Positions 38,453 to 52,317 of a DNA stretch of 64,000 bases are shown here, piece by piece. Under the pieces are notes generated by a model. That model was given only the letters and a program-made list of their open reading frames with translations. It did no database searches and was not told where the DNA came from. The stretch is from positions 56,680,464 to 56,744,463 of the forward strand of contig NC_043011.1 in assembly GCF_006345805.1 (NCBI RefSeq), read 5' to 3'. The stretch is from Octopus sinensis (taxonomy: Eukaryota). Position numbers and translations under genes: made by a program. The stretch's first letter is position 1. The number at the start of each line of letters is the position of its first letter.

Positions 38453-38798
38453 GTAGAAGAAAATCCAGGAAGAGTTACGTTGAATACCAGTAGCTAGTGT
38501 GTGAGATGGAAAAGTGTTGTCTTCGTGTTTGGCGACACGGGGTCAGGGAGGCATAGCTGCCGGCTGAGCAAGATAACCTCTACAAATACTCTCGCTCCTC
38601 TATCATCCTCTGGATTGCTTTTCCCGCATGTCTCTGTTAATGACTATGATTTAATGCGAAATTGCATGGAATTTTCCATTAATCTCAATACGACACAAAT
38701 GCCCGAGAACAACGACTGGCTGAAATATGGGCTAAGTTCATCTAATTAGGACTGTCGCCGCCAAATAAGGAAGCTGATATGTTGTGGTCTGTTCTCGT

Positions 38799-38945
38799 CA
38801 CTAGCGTAGCTGAGGGGCGGGGGTAGTGGTGGTCCTCCCCGGGCGGCACTTTTGGGTCTGCTGTAGGCAATGTGTCTTTTTTGTGGGGTCCGGGAACGGT
38901 AAATGGAAGGGCCGCCCCGGGCGGCACACACTAGCTACGCTAGTG
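38799..38945. mobile_element. hAT-type MITE, GC-rich
   Basis: 13-bp TIR cactagcgtagct and a perfect 8-bp TSD gttctcgt (38791-38798 / 38946-38953). An older relative lies at about 39110-39272. Confidence 0.85.
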
Positions 38946-39891
38946 GTTCTCGTTACTTAACTGGCAAGATTTCGAATACCAAGTACATCTACCAAAGGAA
39001 AGTAATCTGTTAAACCAAAACTAAAAGACAACGAGGAACCGTTTGACCGTTTGATTTGCTATAATTAGCAACCAAATCTCTTTCATATCATGAACTACCA
39101 ACAGCCTACGCCAGTAGCGGAGTAGGGTGGTGGTGACAACGCTTTATGGGGGCAACACTTTGATTTTACTGTATAAACCTGTGCAACCTTAGTGTACCCT
39201 AGTCGGGATGGAGGGAGCGGTGGAAAACCCAAGGGTTGCCTCGGGTGGCACACACGCTGTGTACGTCACTGTAACCATCTACCCTTTCTCTCCTTCTTTG
39301 GGTTCTAAACTCCTTATGAAGTCGCAAGGGTGACGTCGTGATAGACGGCATGTCTTGGGTATCTAAAATTAAGTGGAATCCAAAAGGAGGATCAAAAAGA
39401 ATCGATTCTTGGGTGGACTGGGCACTTTATTTGTTGGTCCTGAAAGAATGAAAGGCAAAGTTGATTTCGGCCGGATTTGAACTCAGCATAAACAACTAGA
39501 TTGAATTACCGACGTTGTAACAACACGACCAACAACATTTAGAATAATGTAAAGCGAGAAGTACTTGCGAAACAATGAATAAATAAAGGATGTGATGATC
39601 ACGTCTGGAATGTCTTTCATCATGTGTTCTCAATGAAGGTTGACTAGGGTTAAACAGCAACAACAAGAACAACTATGCGAGTCAAGTGATAATGAGAGAA
39701 CCTCTGTGCAGTCGTTCAACCTTCTAGAAATAACAGCCGAATCTCTTTCACTCAAATGCTCATCTGATGATGGATTGTGTCGGTCCTCACGATGAGCATT
39801 CAATGGTTCGAATACTTGAATTTCTACTCATGAAATTGACGTGTATGTGGCTGAGTATCCGTGACACACTTATACTCAGGCCGAATTAATA

Positions 39892-40100
39892 TCTATTTCT
39901 TTACTACCCACAAGGGGCTAAACACAGAGGGGACAAACAAGGACAGACAAACAAGGACAGACAAACGGATTAAGTGGATTATATCGACCCCAGTGCGTAA
40001 CTGGTACTTAATTTATCGACCCCGAAAGGATGAAAGGCAAAGTCGACCTAGGCGGAATTTGAACTCAGAACGTAACGGCTAACGTTTCTGCCAGCTCGCC
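39892..40100 (-). mobile_element. Second SINE family copy with a 12-bp TSD and an internal deletion
   Basis: Direct repeat gccgaattaata at 39880-39891 and 40101-40112. Confidence 0.85.
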
Positions 40101-42241
40101 GCCGAATTAATACCACTAAAACAAACCAGATCAGTGGTTCTTAACTAGGGTCCAAATGACCCTTGGGGGTTCACGTAAGATTTTGTTGCTAAAATTTATC
40201 TGCAACAAATTGATTATATTTCTACAAAATATTTCAACGTTTTTTTTAATGCAATTCCTTATAATATAAACGTATAAAAATGTAATGAGATTTTTAAAAA
40301 CTTCGAATGGCTATGAGGGTCCAGCCAAGTAAAATAGGTATCGATGGGGTCTAGAGGTAAAAGAAAGAGTTGAGGACCATCGGAAAAGACCTTTGAATGA
40401 TTTTAAGTATAATCCAAAGAAAGAGAGAAGAATCGACAAACTATCAACGGTGTAGCTGGAAGTATGTGAAGGGAAACTCTTGCGTTTGCTGACCCTGGAA
40501 CCCCTATGCAAGTTATACAGCTGACCCTAAAGTACGGCCCTCGTAAAAGCGTCCCCCGGGGCGGATTACTATTTTCTTTAGCAACCTAAACGGACGAAAT
40601 TTAAAGCTGATCTCATTTTATCCAACTCACTTAAGACTTCTTTGCCTATTTGCTGCTTTGAATGATCCCCACCGTCTTTAAAAAAAATAACACTTTAGAT
40701 ATTGTAGGCCAGCATAAAAGCGGAGGTGGGCACGACTGGAATGCTTTTGATCAAGCACAGTGCTGTACCAGTCAAGTATTTGAGTAGGTGTAACATCTCT
40801 CTATATTCTTTCCTCAAATGTGCGGCGTTGTGACTACGTTGCAAAATATTGTTTAGTCCAAGGTTAATCCTGCTCGATACGGCCATAACAGCACTCTAGA
40901 GCTTCGGCGAGAGCAATGATCTCGTGGCACTTAACAAACACAACCATATCCTAGGTTAGGACAAGGGCTCATTGGGTCGTTGTCTGGGGACTGCAGTGGT
41001 CTATGGTTCCAATCTTAATCTATGTATGTTGTGATTGTGTGTAGTCGCCTTCCTGAACGTTACTTTACTCGAGTGTCTATAATGTTATGTCAGCATCAAC
41101 TGGAATCAAGCCATGGGTTAAATAACATTTTTTTTTTTCTTTTTTATGCACATTTGGAAAGAAGGATACAGAAAGATGTTGACCTACCAAAGTAGATGAA
41201 AGAATTTGATTAATATTTTATTTTATTGCCTCGGAATGACGAATAATAAAGTTGATCAAGAGCAAGTTTTGAACTAAGAACGTTCAGAAATGCAATCAGA
41301 TGCCACGAATTATTTTATCCACCGTTCTTCCGACATCATCATGCAAAAGGCATCAGGAATCATGCGGTATTAATTCCAACAAGAGGCGAATTCGCTTCTT
41401 TTTCGTCTCTAAACCTTTTAAGAAAAAAGCTCGAATGTCACAAAATCCCTTTTCCTTTTCCTTAATACATAAAGAACATTCGAAAGCCCAAACAAAGTTC
41501 TCTAAACAAAGCAAAACCCTGAGGACTCCGAAAAACGCGCACCTGGCAGAGGCGGAAATCAAGGGAGACTACTCCATGATGCTTTCGTGTTTAGAACGTT
41601 TTAAGTGAGGTTAAGAAAACAAAATTGTTTAACCCTATGTCAGCCTTCATTGAATGGAGTTATTAACAAAGACATGCCAACCGTGGCCATCTTGTCTTAT
41701 TAAAATTTTGTATCCGGGACCATAATATGTAATGTGTCCTCTTTCCCATTTTAAGACAGCTGGGTGTGAAATTCGATGTAGATTCGACTGCTATTTCTAG
41801 CAGGTCGAGTGACCGCGTGAAGATGCCTCCCTTCACCCCTTCGTTGACTCTTTACAACAAAGTAAATGAACAAATTTTTAAAATTGTAAAAATTGAAGAC
41901 ATATTGTCAAACTAATTAGTATTTACGTCTTAATAATTTATAAATAAACTCAGACAGATCATTAATATTTCTGATCGAACCCAGAAAATAAATCACCAAT
42001 AATTTATGCACTGATGATGATGATGATGACGATAGTGGTGGTGATGGCGGCGGCGGTGGCGGTGGTGGTGGTGGTGGTGGTTGGTGATGAGGATGATGAT
42101 TATGATTATGATTTACTCTGTGGGTTTTAAGGATTTTTAGTTTTAAAAAAGACACCTCCGTGAGAGCAATAACTTTAATATTGGTTTTGTACGGATTTCT
42201 ACGAACAGAATCAAATTAAGGTGACGTGATTAGCATAAGCC

Positions 42242-42276
<35 letters not shown>

Positions 42277-42919
42277 ACACTGTTGTTACCACAACCACCA
42301 CCACCATCATCATCATCATTGTCATCATTAATATTATCAACATTATCATCATCATCACCGTTGTTATCTCCACCACCACCACCACCATCATCGTCATCAT
42401 GTTGTCATCCTTGCCATTGTCACCATTGACTTCAATGTAAGCTCATCACCATTATCTTAATGATATCGATTATTGGGATGGGGATCGGCAGCTGCACCAA
42501 CACTACCACCACCACCACCGTCGCCGCCATCATCACCAATAATACCATAATCGAATGTCTTTCTTGAAAAAAAATGATCCTTCTGTTCTTTTTTTTTCTT
42601 TTTTTTTTTGGAGAATTTGTAATTATTGATCTTTGAAAAAAATCAGCTAACACCTGTTTTACATACAAATCTAATCTGAAAGACAGGTAAAAAGGGGGTG
42701 GGGTGGGGGTTGAATTGGTGGTTTCCAACCAGAAGCTGTTTGGTCAGTTTTGTCTTTTATCTTTTTTGGGAGTTGATAAAATAAAGAATCGGTTGAGCAC
42801 TTGGGTCAGTTTATCTGTACAAGGGGTTAGCATGATAGGGCAGAGTCTGGAACCTCCCCCAAACAATGGGACGGACACACACACATCTACACATCCATGC
42901 ATTTTATCATTCACACATT

Positions 42920-43305
42920 CTCTCTCCCTCCCCTTTCTCCCCCTCTCTCTCTGCCTTCCTCCCTCTTTCTTTCCCCTCTCCCTCTCTCTTCCCTCTCTCA
43001 CTTCCTCTCTCTCCTCTTGCTTCCCTCCTTCTCTCTTTCCTCCTCTTCTCCTCTCTCTTCCCCTCTCCCCTCTCCCCCATATCTTCCCCCTCTCCCCTCT
43101 CTCTTCCCCTCTCCCTCTCTCTTCCCTCTCTCACTTCCTCTCTCTCCTCTTGCTTCCCTCCTTCTCTCTTTCCTCCTCTTCTCCTCTCTCTTCCCCTCTC
43201 CCCTCTCCCCCATATCTTCCCCCTCTCCCCTCTCTCTTTCCCCTCTCCCTCCCTACCCCCCTCTCTTTCCCTCCCTCTTCCCCTCTCGCCCTCCCTCCCT
43301 CTCAT
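42920..43305. repeat. Homopyrimidine/homopurine tract with a 133-bp tandem duplication
   Basis: The rare markers tgc (43018/43151) and catat (43078/43211) recur exactly 133 bp apart. Confidence 0.85.
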
Positions 43306-44342
43306 GCAAATACTATCGATCAATCACCAAGGAATTATCTTCTCTTTCATCTTTCACTTGCTTCCGGCATTGGACAATGGCCTTGAAGGATTTTAGTCAA
43401 AACAAAAAAAAACGACCCTACAACTTATTTGTTGTCAAGCTTGGTATTTACTCCATTGATCTCTTTTTGTTGAATATAAACCCTTTAACACTGGTTGTTA
43501 AACGATGGAGGGTTGGACCGGCACACACAATCAAAGGCATATACGTATATACATATACAACAGGCTTCCTTCAGTTTCCACCAAATCCATCCACAAGGCT
43601 TTGGTCAGCCTGTGGCTATAGTAGAAGACACTTGTCCAAGGTGTCACACAGTAGGATTAAACCCAGAACCATGTTTTGAGTTCAAATCATGTCTATCTTA
43701 ACATTGCCATTCCTCCTGGGCCTTGTGTGGATTTGGTAGAAGGAAACTGTAAGGAAGCTCGTCATATGTGTGTGTGTGTGTGTGTGTGTCTTTGAGTTTG
43801 TCTTTGTTTCCCACCTTGACAACTGGTGTTGGTTTGCTTCCATCCTTATAACTTTGTGGTTCAGCAAATTAGCACCAGATTTAAGGATGTAAATACTGGG
43901 GTTTGATTCATCCAGCTAAAATCTTCAACGTGGTGCCCCAGCATGGCCACAGTTCACTGACTGAAACAAGTAAAAAAAGAAACGTACTTTTGGAATCGTT
44001 TTTCTCTCTCATTTCTAAAAGAAAGAATAAGAACAGAAATGAGTTTTGATTCCAGCAAGAAATGTTTTGCTCTTTGAAATGTGTTCACTGAATTCCAGTG
44101 TGAGACATCAACACTGTCCATACCTTTGCTTTGGCAAAGATGCAAAGTCTATGGACATCTCCTTTAAAAGAATATGTCTTTAGGCAAAATTGCAACTACC
44201 CACGTATCATTAGGAGGCATACACAACATACATACATACACTCATGCATACATACCTACGTACACAACATATATATATATGTACATACATACACACACAC
44301 ATGCATACATACGTACATACATATATACATACATACACAGCA

Positions 44343-44375
<33 letters not shown>

Positions 44376-44557
44376 TTATACATACATACATACATACATA
44401 CATGCAAACAAGAAAATAGATCACAAAACAAGAGTATATATATATTTTATTAATATTTTAACGGAAGTGACAACTGACACAAGGGCCAAGAGTATCTTGT
44501 ATTATGTATATGTATGGAGACATACATACATGTGCATACACATACACCTACGCACAT

Positions 44558-44588
<31 letters not shown>

Positions 44589-44893
44589 GACATACATACA
44601 TGTGCATATACATACACCTACACACATCCAAAAAAAAAAAATTCGAGCGAGGTCATTGCCAGTACCACCTGACTGGCCCCCGTGCCAGTGGCACGTAAAA
44701 GCACCCACTACACTCTTGGAGTCGTTGGCGTTAGGAAGGGCATCCAGCTGTAGAAACTCTGCCAGATCAAGACTGGAGCCTGGTGCAGCCATCTGGTTCA
44801 CCAGCCCACAGTCAAACTGTCCAGCCCATGCTAGCATGGAAAGTGAACGTTAAACAATGATGATGGTGATGATATATACATGTGCATACACCT

Positions 44894-45215
44894 AAAGACT
44901 CCGCCGGTTACGACGACGAGGGTCCCAGCTGATACGATCAACGGAACAGCTTGCTCGTGAAATTAACGTGCAAATGGCTGAGCATTCCACAGACACGTGT
45001 ACCCTTAACGTAGTTCTCGGGGATAATCAGCGTGACACAGAGAGTGACAAGGCTGACCCTTTGAAATACAAGTACAACTCATTTTTGCCAGCTGAGTGGA
45101 CTGGAGCAACGTGAAATAAAGTGTCTTGCTCAAGGACACAACGCGTCGCCGGGAATCGAACTCACAACCTTACGATCATGAGCCGAATGCCCTAACCACT
45201 AAGCCACGCGCCCTC
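44894..45215 (-). mobile_element. Young tRNA-head SINE with a CORE-like central domain
   Basis: gtggcttagtggttagggcattcggctcatgatcgtaaggttgtgagttcgattccc..ttgtgtccttgagcaagacact; near-identical copy at 48137-48458; diverged relative at 5555-5900 (+). Confidence 0.85.
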
Positions 45216-45559
45216 TGCATACACCTACACACATACACACACACATATACATTCACGTTTATGTCGGATTTGTTCATTCAAAGTCACAAATTTTACAAAA
45301 AGAGTTTATAAAAAGTATGAATAAATGGTGAGGTGACCAAGTCATTGAAATGTCAGATGGAGTGTCTTGTAGTATTTGTTCTGATTGTCTGTTCTCTGAG
45401 TTCAAATTCTGATGAGGTCAGTTTTACCTTTCATATTTTCAAGGTTCATAAGTAAAGTACCCCTTCTGTACTTCATTTATGGAAGAATTCTCTCTCTCTC
45501 GCTCTGTCTCTCCTTTTCCCTCCTTCTCTCTTTGTCTTGAGGAAATTGGTTGTGTTCAA

Positions 45560-46560
45560 AACCTGGAGCGGGATGAGCTCCAACAGATTTAAAATGCTCA
45601 AGATATTCTGTAATTGAAAATAATGAACTGGTCAGGAGGAGGGTAGACCCTTCTGCAATAAATGGCATCATCCTGAGTTTATTGTTGTAGATATTTTGGT
45701 CCACTTAGGAGAGATGATGGCAACATGGACTGGATTTTCATTGTTGTTGAAGTCAATCCTGAAATAAATCTAGTTTGCATCTCTTGACTTCAATTGATTT
45801 GCTATGCAGAAGGTAAGATGGTCTGACTTGGTCTTTGTGACCCCATCCATTATGAACTGAATGAAAAGTTAGATGCAGCAATGAAGTAGACTTCCATCTG
45901 ATTCGATCTTTATTCAAGAGACTGAGAAATTATTTACCAATGCTGGCTTCTCATCAAATCTTTGGCTGCTAAAATTGTGCACATTTTGTCATTTCCAAAA
46001 TGTGTGGAAAGATATTGCAATGACTGTATGTCTGAAATTCTGATGAGGAATCGGTCCTGCTTACATAGAGTTATGTCTCCTCTATGGAACTCCTGCCCAA
46101 TGGTTGGAATCTCAACCTCATTGCCAACAAAATATATCTGCAGAAATTTGTAATCAAAGTGGAAGGAACGATTCTTTGTGATGTAAAGTTATCTCTGTAT
46201 TTTCAATGTAGGATTCCATCTTCTGTTATCAGTCTTAATAAGTCCAAAAGAAATCCTTTGGAAGCAAAAGTTGTATTCAGTTGTCTTAGAAAGGAAGCTA
46301 TTTCATTCAGTTCTATTTCCGTTCCACAATTATTTAAGTGGGGATGGCAGGCCTTGATATGGTTTGTAATTTTGTTTCCCTATTTGAATAACACCTACTT
46401 GATGCTTCTCTTTTTCACTTTTTTTATATTCTCCGATCCACACATTCTGGAGACATTCCATTATTCAAGACAACAGGATCACATTCATAATCTATCTTTT
46501 CACAACATCCAAATGCTATCCTTTCTTTAAGTTACAATAAATCCCAGCTTGATGCCTCAT
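45560..46560 (-). mobile_element. Highly degraded non-LTR retrotransposon RT remnant (clade uncertain)
   Basis: Frame-broken resemblance to RT motifs (SLLNKD..WKSTSLL, IDF); many stops. Confidence 0.3.
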
Positions 46561-47702
46561 TGAAGACAGTTCCTTCTTTCTTCTTCGTGTTTATTTTGTT
46601 TTATCATTTTATTGTCCTTTATCGAAGCAACAAGATTTGCGTTCTTGCTATTCACATTCATATTCCATAGCTATTGCATTCCTTTTACAATTCACTGCTA
46701 ACCGTTCCAAATATCTTTTGTTTTGTTTTTCCCGTCTGTTGAGTTTAAATAAAGACTATTTGGACTTCTAGCACAAAGTTGTCCTATTCACATTAAAAAA
46801 TTTTAATTTACAAAAATCAATTTTTGTTCATCAAAAATACACATTACTCTCGGCAAAAACAATTTCCTATATTTACATACAGAAACACATACACAAATGG
46901 GCAGTGAATACCAGTGTAAAATACGATTGGTTATTATTCTCTTTACAGTAACCACCACTTCAATGTACATGCTCTCACTCTCTCTCTCTCTCTCTCTCTT
47001 TCTTTCTGACTCTCTCTCTCTCTCTTTCTCTTTCTCTCTCTTTCTTTTTCTCTTTCCTTCATTAAAAAATATTTTTGTTTCATTCAATAATAAAAATACA
47101 TTCTTCATTACCAATAAATTTAAATTTCTTTAAATTTTCAGAAAAATATCCTATGAACTGTGACATTCTTCTTGAAAAATTGCACCACAAATATGCAAAA
47201 TTTCAGCTCCCTCAGTGCCAAACTGTGGCCTACAACCTGGAAGGAGAATAAATACATTGGTTTTTATATATTAAGATAGAAAATCTGATTGGTGTTTGTA
47301 GCATTCCACAATAAAAAGGAAATCAATGTTACACACACACACACACGCGCTCGCATAAATGCAAATTAAAATGAGCTAAGGGAAATAACTCAATAGTGGC
47401 CAATGTCTTGTATCTGAACAACAGAGACAAATGTAGGTCTATCAAATACCATATAACATAAATTCTTGATTTCTTGGTTTGTTAAAATTATCTCCAGCTG
47501 AAGACGATAGATCTTAATTACTAGATGGCAATTAAGACCAGCTCCCCAGGAGGAGGGGAGGTCATCTCAAGATTTAAATATTCTCCAAAACTGACATGCC
47601 TTTAAGGAAAAGGATAAACTTACTGTCTGGAGAGGAGAGTTATGGACGCATGTTTCTGGCTCAATTAGACTTCATCAGCACAGTTGTCCAACCTTATCTC
47701 CA

Positions 47703-47715
47703 GTAACCAGGCAAC
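47703..47715. promoter_or_regulatory. Possible second X-box GTAACCAGGCAAC
   Basis: Perfect GGCAAC half-site plus a one-mismatch half-site; a strong minus-strand donor (GTAAGT) lies at 47623. Confidence 0.3.
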
Positions 47716-48136
47716 ATATATGCATACATACACACACAAACACATACAAAAACACAGGCACAGACAAATATATAAATGTGTGTGTGTGCGTGTATGTTAG
47801 TGTACATGTATGTGTTTGTTTGTATGTCTTTGTCATGATATTTGCATGTTGATTGTAAACAAAATTATCATTTGTAGGAGAATTGTCATTTGTTTGGGCA
47901 ACCTTCCACCGAAATATGTCCTAGCATCGAGCTGCTTGTGTTTGAAGAATTATGGGAAATATACACCCTTGTATGGAAACAGATGAGGGTTGGCAACAGG
48001 AAAGGCATCCTGCCATAGAAAATTTGCTTCAGTAGGATAGAGGACAATAAGATGATGATGATGATGACAATGACGACGACGGTGATGATGATGATGATGA
48101 TATCGATAATATACATACATACATATATATATATAA

Positions 48137-48458
48137 AAAGACTCCGCCGGTTACGACGACGAGGGTCCCAGCTGATACGATCAACGGAACAGCTTGCTCG
48201 TGAAATTAACGTGCAAATGGCTGAGCATTCCACAGACACGTGTACCCTTAACGTAGTTCTCAGGGATAATCAGCGTGACACAGAGAGTGACAAGGCTGAC
48301 CCTTTGAAGTACAAGTACAACTCATTTTTGCCAGCTGAGTGGACTGGAGCAACGTGAAATAAAGTGTCTTGCTCAAGGACACAACGTGTCGCCGGGAATC
48401 GAACTCACAACCTTACGATCATGAGCCGAATGCCCTAACCACTAAGCCACACGCCCTC
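48137..48458 (-). mobile_element. Young CORE-like SINE
   Basis: About four substitutions relative to 44894-45215. Confidence 0.85.
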
Positions 48459-49129
48459 ACACACATATATATATATAAGCAGCTGTTGCCATTTGTAAAA
48501 TGCATTGACTCTTCAAAATTGTGTAAGATATTCAAGACAATCTTATCCAATAAAGTCATCCATTTTGAAGACAGCAGAGTAAGATTTGAAGTAGATTTGG
48601 CTACCGACAATAGCAGATCAAGCAATCTATGTAGAGGCTTCTATATTGTAGGCTTGCTTTGTAAGATATTGTGATGAGAGGTTGCAGATGAATAGAATGG
48701 TTTGATAGAATCAATATATTGTCTGTTGTTGTTGAAAGAGTTCATTAAATCACACAGAAAGAATGAATGGAGTGGCAGAATTTATTCGCTTATAAAACTA
48801 CAAAACATCACAAATACAATATAATATATTACAATTAATAATTACACACACACACACACACACAGATAGATAGATATAATATACAATAAAGAAAAAGCTA
48901 TAATGATTATAGATATAGATTATTATTAAAAATATATACATACATACACACACACACACATATATAAATATTAGAACTTCTATGTACAAATATATATATA
49001 GATGTTTACAGTATATAATACAAACATCTATATGTGTGTGTGTGTTTGTATATATATGCTTATGTATATATGTTTGTATATACATACACACACACATATA
49101 CATTCACACATACATACATGCATACATCG

Positions 49130-49245
49130 ATACATACATACATGCATGCACGCATACATACATACATACATACATACATACATACATACATACATACATA
49201 CATACATACATACATACATACATACATACATACATACATACATAA
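49130..49245. repeat. (TACA)n microsatellite
   Basis: Directly visible. Confidence 0.95.
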
Positions 49246-50655
49246 GGCAAGCAAGTACAGTACAAATCTAGACTTCCAAATATAATAGGATTTATGAAAA
49301 AGAACAAAAAAATTAATAATATTCTAGGCCCAAAGTTTTCTAAGACAGAATTTTGCAAGAATAGAAAGATGTTTGATAGACAAACACAGTGAGAATTAAA
49401 GATATTTAATAAGGATTAAGTATTTTGTCTTCAAAAGACACTTTTGGCTTGAGAGTTAGAGGAAGCAAAAGTCACAGAAGAATTTATTCCTTTTAGAGAA
49501 TTTATATATTTATATTTGTTTGGTCTTGAGAATATTTTGTTTTTATATTCCTGGTATGGTTGTGTGGTGAAGGAATTCACTTTGTAACCATTTGGATTGG
49601 GGGTTCAATGTCACATAGTGACACCTTGGCGAAGTATCACCTATTTATGGCCCTGGGCCAACCAATACCTTTTAAGGAAATCTTGTAAATGGAAAATATG
49701 TGCAAGTCCATCATATATATAAACATACATACATACGTACGTACGTATGTAGGTACATATGTATGTATGTCGGCTGCATACGGATGGTGCTTTTTACGTG
49801 CCACCGGCATATATATATATATACATAATGTGTGTATGTATTTCGCAAGTGCCGCCAGTGCCATGTACAAAAGCACCCAGTGCCACTCTGTATAATGGTT
49901 GGCATTAGGAAGGGCGTCCAGCAATGGAAACCATACCAAAACAGACGACTGGAAGTCAGTACTGTCTTTGGCCTTCCTAGCTCCTGTCAAATTGTTTAAT
50001 TCATACCAGCATGGAAAATGGTGATGATGAGGCTAAATACTTCACTCTTTCTTTCTCTCTTTCCCTCTCTCTCTCCCCCTCTCTCTCTTTCTTTCTCCCT
50101 CTCTCTCTCTTACAATACAAATATATGTATGTGAGTGTGAAAATATAATTAGATATAAATATGCGGCCAGGGTAGAGAGGATGCTTTAGTCCACCGACAG
50201 ACAACATTTCTTGTGTCCATGGCTCAATAAAATACCTGCAGCCCCATATCCAAAGGCTTTCAAGATTGGAAGGACAACAAAAATATTGATAGAAAGACAT
50301 TTTGGCATCACTGATTGAATGCTGACTTATTTGACATCACACATCTTTTCTCATGTTTCTCTCATTCTCTTCCTTTCTCTCTTTCTTTCCCTCAATCTCT
50401 CTCTCTCTCTCTCTTTTCTTCTCTCTCCTCTCTTCCTCCTCTCTTTCCCCTTCTTTTCTACCTTTATCTTTTACTTGTTTCAGTCTGTGGCCATGCCGGG
50501 GCACCACCTTGAAGAATTTTTAGTCAAATGAATTGACCTCTGGACTCATTTTTTTAAAGGCCTGGCACTTATTCTATCAGTTCCTTTTGCTGACCTGCTA
50601 AGTTATGGGAACCTGAAGACACCAAGTGATGGTGGAGGACAAAAACAGACACAAA

Positions 50656-50711
<56 letters not shown>

Positions 50712-50904
50712 TACATACATAACAGGCTTCTTACAGTCTCTGTCTACCAAATCTACTTACAAGACTTTGGTCAGCCCAATGCTATAAAAGAAGGTACCCA
50801 AGGTGCCATGCAGTGGGAATGATCCTAGAACCATGTAGTTGGGAAGCAGGCTTCTTACCCCACAGCCACACCTGCACCTATCTGCATATTTCTGCCCATG
50901 TGTG

Positions 50905-51280
50905 CTTGTGTGTATGTGTGGTTGCCCTCAGTGCCAAAAAGTACAGCCACCAAAAGCAGGTCCACTCTCTAGTCAGTCATGTCCAATCGCCACATTCCAC
51001 GATAATGTTTATACCAGAAATGTGAAGGAACAATTGAGGAATTGTGGACTCCTGGAGCCACATCGTAGACAAGCAGTAATTGGGAAAGAAGAAACTTCAA
51101 GCAAGAACTGAAACTAGTTGAGAGAGGATTCCTTATCTTTAGTCTTGTTGCAAGACAACCATTGTTTATATGGAGAAAAAACTGGATCCAATCCATGCAG
51201 TGGTGGCAGTTGATGTGAGACATGATGGCCATGAAAATCATTCAGAAAAACATAATGGCACAACCAGATAGAAATGGTTA
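50905..51280 (+). mobile_element. Possible LTR integrase remnant
   Basis: CPQCQKVQPPKAGPL..PIA resembles the junction between the integrase Zn-binding domain and core; otherwise decayed. Confidence 0.3.
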
Positions 51281-52230
51281 TCTCTGTTGTTTGTTGTTAT
51301 GTGTGTGTGTGGTGGGTGGCTAAGGACTGCATCGAGTGACAAGATGGTATGATAGCCATCCAATGCATACAGCATAGAAAATTGAGGATATTGAAAGAAA
51401 TGATGATGATGATGATGATGGCAATGATGACAATGATGATCATGATGATAATAAGGAAGAGGAGGAGGGTAAGAAGAGGTGAAGATATTGATGACAATGA
51501 TGATAATGATGATGACGATGACATCAAAGTTGAGGACAATGAAAATGATGACCAAATTGATGATGATGATGACAAGACTACTACTAACTGATATTGATTC
51601 TGCTGGTGATGGTGATGGAGGTGATGGTGTTGTTGTTGCTAGTGGTGGTGATGGTGGCAACAGTGCAGCTACTACTGCTGCTGCTGCTGCTGCTGGTAAG
51701 GATGATAATGTGAAAAACAAACATTTATATTTCTGAATATCAGCACACATAAATATACATGTTTGTTGCTGCATATACACACGTATGTATATGTGTGTAT
51801 GTGTGTATGTGTGTGCATTTGAGCAAACATATGTGTGTGTGTACATGCCTGTAAAAACACACACAAATGCAGTAGACTGGAATTTATATCAGACAAAGCA
51901 TATACTCCACCAAAATATTAAGTAATAAGATAAAAGACTTACTTCAAAAGAAGAAATTGAAAACATAAAAAGAAAACAAACAATAGGACAATTTGACATT
52001 TATTTGGATGACTTTTCTTTCTTGATGTCCTATTATTTGGTTTTATTCAAATTGTTTTGTCTAAATTCCCTCTTTTGAACTCCATATCTCTCTCCTTATT
52101 TCATTGTTTATTTTTTTTAGCAGATCTGTTTTGTCGGATAAATTCAAGTCTATATTATTTGAGGCATGAGAAGCACATTTGTTTTGCTCGTAAACATTCA
52201 GTGTCTACTAAGTAAATACGCCAGTAAATT

Positions 52231-52231
<1 letters not shown>

Positions 52232-52317
<86 letters not shown>
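52232..52317. repeat. (AAT)n microsatellite
   Basis: Directly visible perfect run; a similar run lies at about 62200-62262. Confidence 0.95.

Noticed and set aside
50100-50320. Exon-like 75-nt minus-strand segment; similar weak candidates at 52.1, 54.9, 55.8 and 62.5 kb
   Set aside because: No consistent strand or phase chain and no recognisable product.
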